Of a DNA stretch of 64,000 nucleotides, positions 56,406 to 64,000 are shown in pieces. This DNA is from Acutalibacteraceae bacterium. Lineage in GTDB: Bacteria; Bacillota; Clostridia; Oscillospirales; Acutalibacteraceae. The stretch is from positions 1,733 through 65,732 of the forward strand of contig JAZQGE010000055.1 of assembly GCA_045539895.1 (NCBI GenBank), read 5' to 3'. Position 1 is the stretch's first letter. Each line of letters starts with the position of its first letter. The position numbers and the translations under genes are program-made. Under the pieces are notes generated by a model. It saw nothing but the letters and a program-made list of their open reading frames with translations. It was not told where the DNA came from and searched no databases.

Positions 56406-57614
56406 TCAGTTAAATAAATCTCTTAAAAACCAAATAATATTTTCTTTTTCAAAGAAGAGGTGATTAATATCCGATACGCTGCCTGTACGCAGGTTATCAA
56501 ACACACCGTAGCCTGTGACTTTTCCTGCAACAATAACCGAGTTGTTTGTGTCACTTCTGAAGCCTGTGCGCAGGTTTGTTACAATTGAGTTGAACTCGCC
56601 GTCTGCCTTGAATGCAATTTCTCTGCCGCCTGCGGCACTGTACCAGAAGCAGAAGCAGTTGTCAAAAATGCTGGATTTGTTTTCGGTTGTACGGAATGCA
56701 ATGCAGAACTGGTCGCTGTAGCAGAAGTCGTACACATTGTTGCCGCCGTCGTCAAGGAAGCCGCAGCTGTTTTCATAATCGGTGTAATCGGAATAATAAA
56801 GCGGATGAATATTGCGCAGCGAGTTAGCGCACGATTTGATATATACACCTGTGAAAACGTTGCCGATTCGCACATTTGTAACGGTGTTGTCAAAGCCTTC
56901 AATCCAGATTCCGACCGAATCTGTGCCGCCCGTTCCAATAATGTTGATGTCGCTCAGGTCAGCATCGGACGAGCCGCTGTTAGCGCCGTATTTGATGTTT
57001 ATTCCAATAGGTGTGTTTTTGATTGAAATGCTCTTTATTACAGTTTCTCTGCCGGAGTCAATGCTCACACCGTCTGCTCTGCCTGAGCCGTCAATAATTC
57101 CACCTGTCAGCGAGTAGTTGCTGCCCGGCGTATGGGTGTCGTTTTTTGCATCCTTACCGCCAAGGCGAATCATCGCCTCATCGTCTGACCAGCTTTCTGC
57201 CGCGCGGATAAGCGCGTAATTTGAAAGCTGAAGGTCAACACTTTTGCGAGGGTCAGCAGGTGTGCATATAGGCTTTCCTATAACATAAATACCGTCGGGA
57301 AAATAAATTGTGCGGTTGGGGTTGGCATCAATTATTGCTTGAATTTCGTCCGCTACATCACGGCTTCCGTCATTGGGAATGAAGTCAGTGACGATTATAT
57401 AGCCAAGCGCAGATGACGCGCCGCTGTTTACGGGAGCGGTTGCTGCCTGTTCCGCAATTTCAAGTGCAGCATCAACCTGCTTTTCCATTGCGTATATTTC
57501 ATTACTTCTGTCAGGTGCAGTGAAGCCGTAATTTTTTTCGCCGGGAATGCTGATAATTGTTGAAACAATTATTATTGCAACGGCAGCTGCAAGAAATTTC
57601 ATCGTTTTTTTCAT
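56406..57614 (-). CDS. Secreted right-handed beta-helix protein (pectate-lyase-superfamily / glycosidase-like)
   Basis: 402 aa. N-terminal signal/anchor. DVADEIQAIIDANPNRTIYFPDGIYVI is typical of the Pectate_lyase_3-type N-terminus. Repetitive G/N/I-rich beta-helix coils follow. Confidence 0.6.
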   Translation of the reverse strand: MKKTMKFLAAAVAIIIVSTIISIPGEKNYGFTAPDRSNEIYAMEKQVDAALEIAEQAATAPVNSGASSALGYIIVTDFIPNDGSRDVADEIQAIIDANPNRTIYFPDGIYVIGKPICTPADPRKSVDLQLSNYALIRAAESWSDDEAMIRLGGKDAKNDTHTPGSNYSLTGGIIDGSGRADGVSIDSGRETVIKSISIKNTPIGINIKYGANSGSSDADLSDINIIGTGGTDSVGIWIEGFDNTVTNVRIGNVFTGVYIKSCANSLRNIHPLYYSDYTDYENSCGFLDDGGNNVYDFCYSDQFCIAFRTTENKSSIFDNCFCFWYSAAGGREIAFKADGEFNSIVTNLRTGFRSDTNNSVIVAGKVTGYGVFDNLRTGSVSDINHLFFEKENIIWFLRDLFN

Positions 57615-57790
57615 TCGGAAATTCTCCTTTGCAGAATAAAATTAAATTACTTTAACTATATCAGAATTTTACGCGAGTTTCAACTTATTGTTATATTTTG
57701 ATATTATTCAGATAAATAATTTGCAGAAAACAGGTTGATTTTTTAAAAATAATTTCATATCATATAACTATTCGGAAAGGAGTGCTTTGA

Positions 57791-58372
57791 ATGAGAATCT
57801 GTGTTTACGGTGCAGCATCACCGACAATTGACCGGGAATATATCCGTCAGGTTGAAATAATGGGCGAAGAAATGGCAAAGCGCGGACATTCGCTTGTTTT
57901 CGGCGGCGGCGGCAACGGCCTTATGGGTGCTGCAGCAAGAGGTGTTACAAAAGGCGGCGGTCACATTATCGGTGTTATACCGAAGTTTTTTGAGGAAGAG
58001 GCCGTCGAAGCGATTTACGATAAGTGCGATGAACTTATAATGCCCGAAACAATGCGCGAGCGCAAGCAGATTATGGAGGACAATGCGGACGCATTTATAG
58101 TTACCCCAGGCGGTATCGGCACCTATGAAGAGTTTTTTGAAATTCTCACATTAAAACAGCTGTGCCGTCATAATAAACCGATTGCGGTTTTCAACATTCT
58201 CAATTATTATGACGGACTCAATGATGTTATGGAACAGGCAACGCAGAAAAATTTCATCCGTGAAAACTGTGAAGCGCTGTATTATATTACCGATAATCTC
58301 GACAAATTACTTGATTATATTGAAGCTCCTATTGATGAAACACTCACCGTCAAACAGCTCAAAGACGGCTAA
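57791..58372 (+). CDS. LOG-family (TIGR00730) nucleotide 5'-monophosphate nucleosidase
   Basis: 193 aa. GGGGNGLMG and PGGIGTYEEFFE motifs. Confidence 0.85.
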   Translation: MRICVYGAASPTIDREYIRQVEIMGEEMAKRGHSLVFGGGGNGLMGAAARGVTKGGGHIIGVIPKFFEEEAVEAIYDKCDELIMPETMRERKQIMEDNADAFIVTPGGIGTYEEFFEILTLKQLCRHNKPIAVFNILNYYDGLNDVMEQATQKNFIRENCEALYYITDNLDKLLDYIEAPIDETLTVKQLKDG

Positions 58373-58380
58373 TGGGCAGC

Positions 58381-58777
58381 ACACACGGCGAAGAACAAAA
58401 CAAACAAAAATATTTAAAAGTGGCACGAGATAACTTGTGCCGCTTTTTTACTGTCATAAAGAAAAAAATAAAGTTTGTTTTTAGCTGTTTTTTCCTCCTC
58501 GGCGTATCGCATACACCTGTCGTCGGAAGAAAACAGCTTCTTCATCCGTGTCTGCTGCCCCTCCTTAACACACGGCGAAGAACAAAACAAACAAAAATAT
58601 TTAAAAGTGGCACGAGATAACTTGTGCCGCTTTTTTACTGTCATAAAGAAAAAAATAAAGTTTGTTTTTAGCTGTTTTTTCCTCCTCGGCGTATCGCATA
58701 CGCCTGTCGTCGGAAGAAAACAGCTTCTCCATCCGTGTCTGCTGCCCCTTCTTAACACACGGCGAAGAACAAAACAA
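58381..58777. repeat. Tandem direct repeat, about 187-bp unit x 2.1 copies
   Basis: Units are 58381-58567, 58568-58753 and a 24-nt partial third copy at 58754-58777. I count 3 substitutions between the two full units. Each unit contains a terminator hairpin. Confidence 0.9.
58422..58449 (+). terminator. Intrinsic terminator of the LOG gene (duplicated at 58609-58636)
   Basis: Hairpin GGCACGAG-ATAA-CTTGTGCC followed by GCTTTTTT. Confidence 0.75.
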
Positions 58778-58804
58778 AAGACTTGCGTAGTTTTTACGCA
58801 AGTC
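58778..58804. terminator. Bidirectional terminator downstream of rlmH
   Basis: Hairpin AGACTTGCGTA/TACGCAAGTCT with T-rich flanks on both strands. Confidence 0.7.
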
Positions 58805-58811
58805 TGATTTT

Positions 58812-59291
58812 TTATTTATGATATTTTCCGCCGTTTTCAATCTGAAAGGCGCGGTAAATCTGTTCAAGCAGCATTACACGCGCAAGCTGGTGAGGAAATG
58901 TCATTTTTGACATTGAAAGCCTGTGTTTGCTCATCTGTTTTATTTTTTCGCTCAGACCGAAGCTGCTGCCGATTATAAACACAACATTTGAGCCGCCTTC
59001 AACCGATGCCGACTGAATAAATCTGCTAAATTCCGGTGAGGAATACTGCTTGCCTTCAATGCACATTGAAATACACGAAGCACCCTTCGGAATTTTTGCG
59101 GTAATGCGCTTTGCCTCGTCCTCAAGTGCCGCATCAATATGCGACTGAGAAGGATTGTCAGGCAGACGCGAAGGCTCAAGCTCAACAATCTGAAGACGGC
59201 AGAATGCACCGAGCCGCTTTGCATATTCCGCACAGGCGGCGCGCAGATAATCTTCCTTGAGTTTTCCTAAAGCAATAAGTGTTACATTCAT
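58812..59291 (-). CDS. rlmH: 23S rRNA (pseudouridine1915-N3)-methyltransferase RlmH
   Basis: 159 aa. SPOUT fold. C-terminal FPHQLARVMLLEQIYRAF motif. Confidence 0.92.
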   Translation of the reverse strand: MNVTLIALGKLKEDYLRAACAEYAKRLGAFCRLQIVELEPSRLPDNPSQSHIDAALEDEAKRITAKIPKGASCISMCIEGKQYSSPEFSRFIQSASVEGGSNVVFIIGSSFGLSEKIKQMSKHRLSMSKMTFPHQLARVMLLEQIYRAFQIENGGKYHK

Positions 59292-59292
59292 T

Positions 59293-60084
59293 TTAAAATA
59301 CCATCATTTTCGGTGCGCCTGTACCTGCCACACGCAGAATATAGTCGTTGCCCTCTTCCATGCCGCGTGCGCAAAGTGCACTGTAGGTGCTCTGATAAGC
59401 AAGCTGCGGCAGGTTGTTTTCTTTGCTCAGGTGGCCGAGAATAAGCCTTGTTGTGCCGCTTTCAATAAGGTCTGCGGCGGTAGCGGCGCAAACATCGTTT
59501 GAAAGGTGACCTCTGTCAGAAAGGATGCGCCTTTTGAGCATGTACGGATAACTCGGATTGTTCTGAAGCATACGCACATCGTGGTTTGATTCAAGCATTA
59601 CAAGCTGACAGCAGGTAATGTTGCTGAGCACTTCATCAGTGATTTTGCCAATGTCGGTTGCAACGGCAATTCTGTTGCCGTCCGCCGTTTCGACCGTGTA
59701 GCCAAGGCTTTCTCTGCTGTCGTGCGGTGTGTGAAAAGGCCGCACAAACATACCGTTTATTTCAATCCCCTGCTCAGGGATAACCTCTGCCGGGAATTTT
59801 CCGTTGAGTGTACCGTTTTCGGCAAGAGCTTCAAGTGTGCCTGCGCTTGCGTAAACCGGGATATTGTGTTTTGAAGCGAGCACGCGTATGCCTTTTATAT
59901 GGTCGCTGTGTTCATGGGTAACAAAAATTGCGCCGACGCTGCGGATGTCAACGCCGATGCAATCTAATGTTTCGGCGGTTTGCTTTGCGCTTACGCCGAC
60001 ATCTATAAGTATTCCTGAGTCAGGCTGACCAACATAGCTGCAGTTGCCGCTGCTCGATGAGAAAAGTGAACAGAATCTTGCCAT
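59293..60084 (-). CDS. MBL-fold metallo-hydrolase (YycJ/WalJ-like)
   Basis: HEHSDH motif (THEHSDHIKG). About 263 aa. It sits adjacent to rlmH, as in other Firmicutes. Confidence 0.8.
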   Translation of the reverse strand: MARFCSLFSSSSGNCSYVGQPDSGILIDVGVSAKQTAETLDCIGVDIRSVGAIFVTHEHSDHIKGIRVLASKHNIPVYASAGTLEALAENGTLNGKFPAEVIPEQGIEINGMFVRPFHTPHDSRESLGYTVETADGNRIAVATDIGKITDEVLSNITCCQLVMLESNHDVRMLQNNPSYPYMLKRRILSDRGHLSNDVCAATAADLIESGTTRLILGHLSKENNLPQLAYQSTYSALCARGMEEGNDYILRVAGTGAPKMMVF

Positions 60085-60086
60085 AA

Positions 60087-61373
60087 TCAACAAAGACCCG
60101 ATGTGCCGTTGCCTTCGGGAAAATTAACGCGTTTAATGTCTGCACCGATATTGCGGAATTTCTCGACAAAGTTTTCATAGCCTCTGTCGATGTGTGAGAG
60201 ATTTTCTATTTCGGATGTGCCCTCTGCTGCAAGAGCCGCAATAAGCATTGCCGCGCCTGCGCGAAGGTCGTCGGCTGCAACGGGTGCGCCCTGAAGCTTT
60301 TCAACACCCTGAATGAAGGCGACCTTTCCTTCAACGCGTATGTTAGCGCCCATTCTCAACAGCTGGTCCACATATCGGAATCGGTTATCCCAAACACTTT
60401 CGGATACGATGCTTGTGCCTTCTGCAAGGGCGAGAAGCACGGTGATCTGGGGCTGCATATCAGTCGGGAAGCCGGGGTGAGGCATGGTTTTGACATTGCA
60501 TTTTGTCGGCTTGTCCGAACAGCTTACGCGCACAGCCTCGTCAAACTCCTGAACCTCAACACCGCAGTCGATAAGCTTTTTGGTTATGGATTCAAGATGC
60601 TTGGGGATGACATTTTTTATCAGGACATTGCCCTTTGTAGCTGCCGCGGCAACCATATATGTGCCCGCCTCAATCTGATCGGGTATAATAGAGTATGAGC
60701 AGCCGTGAAGCTCCTCAACACCGTTAATTTTTATTGTGTCCGTACCTGCACCGCGTATGTCTGCACCCATGGAGTTGAGGAAGTTTGCAAGGTCAACAAT
60801 ATGGGGTTCACGCGCCGCATTTTCAATAACGGTTTTGCCCTTCGCCTTGACGGCGGCAAGCATAACATTTACCGTTGCTCCTACGGAAACAGGGTCCATA
60901 TAAATAAGTGAACCGATAAGATTTTCTGCAGCAGCATTTACAACTGCATTGTCACACGAAACCTCTGCACCGAGCATTTCAAATCCGCGCAGGTGAAGGT
61001 CAATGGGTCGTGCACCGAACCAACAGCCGCCGGGCATCGAAACGGTGGCCTTGCCGAATCTGCCAAGCAGTGCGCCGAGCATATAGTATGATGCACGAAG
61101 GTGCTTTGTGTGCTCGTTGGGCACTGTGTATGAGTTGACATTTCTTGTGTCAATTTCATAGGTTGTGCGGTCTATTTTTTTAACACTCGCACCGAGCTGA
61201 GTGAGAATTTTGAGCATAATGGTAACGTCGCTTATATCGGGAATGTTTTCGATAAGGCAGACATCCTGAGCAAGAATAGTTGCCGGGAGAATAGCAACGA
61301 CAGCGTTTTTTGCACCGCTTATTTCAACAGTACCCTTGAGCGGAGTGCCGCCGTTGATGACTATTTTTTCCAT
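60087..61373 (-). CDS. murA: UDP-N-acetylglucosamine 1-carboxyvinyltransferase
   Basis: 428 aa. N-terminus KIVINGGTPLKGTVEISGAKNAV. Active-site-loop region (RPIDLH) and overall EPSP-synthase-like repeat pattern. Confidence 0.93.
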   Translation of the reverse strand: MEKIVINGGTPLKGTVEISGAKNAVVAILPATILAQDVCLIENIPDISDVTIMLKILTQLGASVKKIDRTTYEIDTRNVNSYTVPNEHTKHLRASYYMLGALLGRFGKATVSMPGGCWFGARPIDLHLRGFEMLGAEVSCDNAVVNAAAENLIGSLIYMDPVSVGATVNVMLAAVKAKGKTVIENAAREPHIVDLANFLNSMGADIRGAGTDTIKINGVEELHGCSYSIIPDQIEAGTYMVAAAATKGNVLIKNVIPKHLESITKKLIDCGVEVQEFDEAVRVSCSDKPTKCNVKTMPHPGFPTDMQPQITVLLALAEGTSIVSESVWDNRFRYVDQLLRMGANIRVEGKVAFIQGVEKLQGAPVAADDLRAGAAMLIAALAAEGTSEIENLSHIDRGYENFVEKFRNIGADIKRVNFPEGNGTSGLC

Positions 61374-61686
61374 CTTTTTTGTGTCGCTCCCTTCATATCA
61401 TAGTGAGTTTTATCCGAAGCCAAAAGGCAGAAAATTACAAATTTACATAATTAACTGTTGTATTATATCACTGTATTTTACCTTTGTAAAGATTGATGTG
61501 TCCATTTTGTGGTGCATTTTATATAATTTTGTAATATTACACAAAATATTCTCAGGCTTTTTTACGAAAAATTACGCGGTTATGCAATTTCGCTATTTAT
61601 TATTTGAAAAATGTGTGTTATAATACTTTGAAATATTATTTGAATATTATTATGGAATGGTATGGTGATAAATTGTGAAAGAAGTT

Positions 61687-63999
61687 ATGAGAATTTTTGT
61701 TGAAAAGCGTGACGGATTTGATGTTGAGGCTAAGGGCGTGCTTTCTGACATCCGCTCAACTCTTGGCATTACATCGCTTGAAAAGGTGCGCCTTATCAAC
61801 CGCTACGATGTTCAGGGCCTTACTGCAGAGCAGTTTGATCGCGCCTGCACAGCGGTTCTTTCAGAACCCAATGCAGACACAATCTGTGCGGAGCTTTCAA
61901 TTCCCGAAGACTGCCGCTTCCTTGCAAGCGAGTATCTGCCCGGTCAGTATGACCAGCGCGCAGACTCTGCTGGACAGTGTATTGCTCTTCTCACTTGCGA
62001 AGAGCAGCCTGCTGTCGCAAGCGCAAAGGTATATATTTTTGAGGGTAATCTCACTGATGATGAGTATGCAACAATCAAGTCCTACTTAATCAACCCGGTT
62101 GAATCCAGAGAGGCTACAATGGACAAGCCTGACGACCTCAATATTGTTGCAGAGGTTCCTGCTGACATCAGACGCGTTGAGGGCTTTATCAACTGGACAG
62201 ATGAGCAGGTTGCCGCATATCACAAGGAAACAGGCTTTGCAATGACAGTTGCAGACCTCTGCTTCTGCCGCGACTATTTCAAGAATGACGAAAACCGTGA
62301 CCCCAGCATCACAGAGCTGAAGGTTATCGACACATATTGGTCAGACCACTGCCGCCACACAACCTTCCTCACTCAGCTTGAAAGTGTTGAGTTTGAAGAC
62401 GGTAAGATGGCAAAGGTTATCGAATCTGCATGGAACGAGTACCTTAAGGTCCGTGAGGATGTTTACGCAGGACGCACACCCAAGAACATCACACTCATGG
62501 ATATGGGTACAATCGGCACAAAGGCACTCAAGAAGGCAGGCGAGGTCAACGACCTTGACGAGAGCGAGGAAATCAATGCCTGCTCAATTGAGGTTACCGT
62601 TGATGTTGACGGCAAGGACGAGCAGTGGCTTGTTCAGTTCAAGAACGAAACTCACAACCATCCCACAGAAATTGAGCCCTTCGGCGGCGCAGCAACATGT
62701 CTTGGCGGCGCAATCCGTGACCCGCTTTCAGGCAGAGCTTATGTTTATCAGGCAATGAGAGTTACAGGCAGCGGTGACCCCACAGCAGCTTTTGAGGATA
62801 CCCTTGCAGGTAAGCTTCCTCAGCGTAAAATTACACTCGGTGCAGCTCAGGGTTATTCATCATACGGTAACCAGATCGGTCTTGCAACAGGTCAGGTCGT
62901 CGAGCTTTATGACGAAGGCTACAAGGCAAAAAGAATGGAAATCGGTGCAGTTGTCGGCGCATCTCCCAAGGAGAATGTCCGCCGCGAAACACCTGCTCCC
63001 GGTGACTGCATTGTTCTTCTCGGCGGCCGCACAGGCCGTGACGGCTGCGGCGGTGCAACAGGCTCCTCCAAGGCACATAACACTCAGTCAATCGAAACCT
63101 GCGGTGCAGAGGTACAGAAGGGTAATCCGCCCACAGAGCGTAAGCTTCAGCGTCTTTTCCGCAACCCCGAAGCAGCAAAGCTTATCCGCCGCTGTAACGA
63201 TTTCGGTGCCGGCGGTGTCTGCGTTGCCATTGGCGAGCTTGCAGACGGTCTGAAGATTGAGCTTGACAAGGTCACAAAGAAATATGACGGTCTTGACGGT
63301 ACAGAGCTTGCGATCTCCGAATCACAGGAGAGAATGGCGGTTGTGCTTGATGCGGGCGATGTAGATAAGTTCGTTGAGCTTGCAGGCACAGAAAACCTTG
63401 AGGCAACAGTTGTTGCAAAGGTAACAGAGGAAGCAAGACTTGTTATGTACTGGAGAGGCGACAACATTGTCAACCTCAGCCGCGAATTCCTCAACACAAA
63501 CGGTGTTACACAGAAGGCAACAGCCGTTATCACATCCCCCGATGCAGACAAGAATTACAGAGAGCTTGTTCCCTGTGTTCTTTCCGATAAAGAGGGCGCA
63601 GAAGCTCTCAAGGCAAACTTAAGCCGACTTGAGGTTTGCTCACAGATTGGTCTTTCCGAGCGCTTTGATGCTTCGATCGGTGCAGCAACAGTCAACATGC
63701 CCTTTGCAGGCAAGACTCAGCTCACACCCGAAGAGGCTATGACAGCAAAGGTTCCCGTGCCCGGCGGAAAGACAGATGCCGCAACAGCAATGAGCTACGG
63801 CTTTATTCCCGCACTCAGCCGCTGGAGTCCCTTCCACGCATCCGCTTATGCTGTAACAGAGTCACTTGCAAAGCTTGCCGCAACAGGAGCAGACCCGTTC
63901 AAGGCAAGACTTACATTCCAGGAATATTTCGAGCGCCTTAACGCAGTGCCCGAGCGCTGGGGCAAGCCCGCAGCAGCACTTCTCGGTGCACTCACAGCT
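61687..63999 (+). CDS. purL: Phosphoribosylformylglycinamidine (FGAM) synthase, single-chain large PurL, 5' partial (continues past the window end)
   Basis: I read this frame by hand from ATG 61687: MRIFVEKRDGFDVEAKGVLSDIRSTLGI... It includes YWSDHCRHTTF, ETHNHPTEIEPFGGAATCLGGAIRD and GRDGCGGATGSS. There is no stop before position 64000. It is absent from the ORF track because it is open-ended. Confidence 0.9.
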   Translation, partial: MRIFVEKRDGFDVEAKGVLSDIRSTLGITSLEKVRLINRYDVQGLTAEQFDRACTAVLSEPNADTICAELSIPEDCRFLASEYLPGQYDQRADSAGQCIALLTCEEQPAVASAKVYIFEGNLTDDEYATIKSYLINPVESREATMDKPDDLNIVAEVPADIRRVEGFINWTDEQVAAYHKETGFAMTVADLCFCRDYFKNDENRDPSITELKVIDTYWSDHCRHTTFLTQLESVEFEDGKMAKVIESAWNEYLKVREDVYAGRTPKNITLMDMGTIGTKALKKAGEVNDLDESEEINACSIEVTVDVDGKDEQWLVQFKNETHNHPTEIEPFGGAATCLGGAIRDPLSGRAYVYQAMRVTGSGDPTAAFEDTLAGKLPQRKITLGAAQGYSSYGNQIGLATGQVVELYDEGYKAKRMEIGAVVGASPKENVRRETPAPGDCIVLLGGRTGRDGCGGATGSSKAHNTQSIETCGAEVQKGNPPTERKLQRLFRNPEAAKLIRRCNDFGAGGVCVAIGELADGLKIELDKVTKKYDGLDGTELAISESQERMAVVLDAGDVDKFVELAGTENLEATVVAKVTEEARLVMYWRGDNIVNLSREFLNTNGVTQKATAVITSPDADKNYRELVPCVLSDKEGAEALKANLSRLEVCSQIGLSERFDASIGAATVNMPFAGKTQLTPEEAMTAKVPVPGGKTDAATAMSYGFIPALSRWSPFHASAYAVTESLAKLAATGADPFKARLTFQEYFERLNAVPERWGKPAAALLGALTA

Positions 64000-64000
64000 C

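Noticed and set aside
58381-58777. Possible CRISPR array
   Set aside because: The repeat unit is 187 bp with no unique spacers between copies, and no cas genes are in the window. It is a simple tandem duplication.
58372-58867. Several 80-114 aa ORFs on both strands spanning the tandem repeat
   Set aside because: Their length and internal peptide repetition are a by-product of the 187-bp duplication. They run through terminator hairpins. Only the short 43-codon minus-strand sORFs are kept, as a low-confidence observation in the findings.
61697-63837. Multiple 60-160 aa ORFs (for example 61697-62089, 62378-62758, 62774-63253, 63147-63551)
   Set aside because: All are out of frame or antisense within the open-ended purL reading frame. 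That frame reads without stops from 61687 to the window end and carries strong FGAM-synthase motifs.

Overview
This window is an origin-of-replication-proximal chromosomal segment of a Firmicute. By inference from gene content it is Clostridia-like, possibly an Oscillospiraceae/Ruminococcaceae-type anaerobe. Gene orientation switches at about 12.6-13.1 kb. On the minus strand, dnaA, dnaN, yaaA, mnmE, mnmG, rsmG and a Noc/ParB-type gene run leftward. On the plus strand, rpsF-ssb-rpsR, mreBCD-mrdA and later genes run rightward. DnaA-box clusters flank dnaA, and two perfect parS palindromes are present. The rest is mostly housekeeping (comM/yifB, dacB-like, hpt, zapA, U32 peptidase, recF, udg, ppa, rlmH, murA, 5' part of purL). 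It is mixed with glycan-utilisation genes (GPH symporter, GH38, GH127, a ~1000-aa putative glycosidase, a beta-helix protein), lipoproteins and a BlaI/BlaR1 pair. I recognised no rRNA, tRNA, CRISPR array, transposase or prophage. The most interesting items are listed here. (1) A stand-alone, AT-rich TIR-domain/Sel1-repeat fusion gene (50378-51967) with its own promoter and terminator, a candidate single-gene NADase-type immune or effector module. (2) A ~165-215 nt intergenic repeat family rich in ATATCG, with three copies (16942-17142, 40092-40306, 45117-45281). Its hairpins are conserved through compensatory changes, which suggests a structured RNA or a REP/MITE-like element. (3) An orphan DRTGG / HATPase / sensory-type [FeFe]-hydrogenase-like / DRTGG / PHP module with no catalytic hydrogenase genes nearby. 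(4) A 450-nt ORF-free, hairpin-rich leader upstream of an orphan ABC-3 metal permease. (5) A ~98% identical 187-bp tandem duplication carrying a terminator and a duplicated 43-codon sORF. All functional calls come from reading the translated ORFs and motifs by eye; no database search was run.
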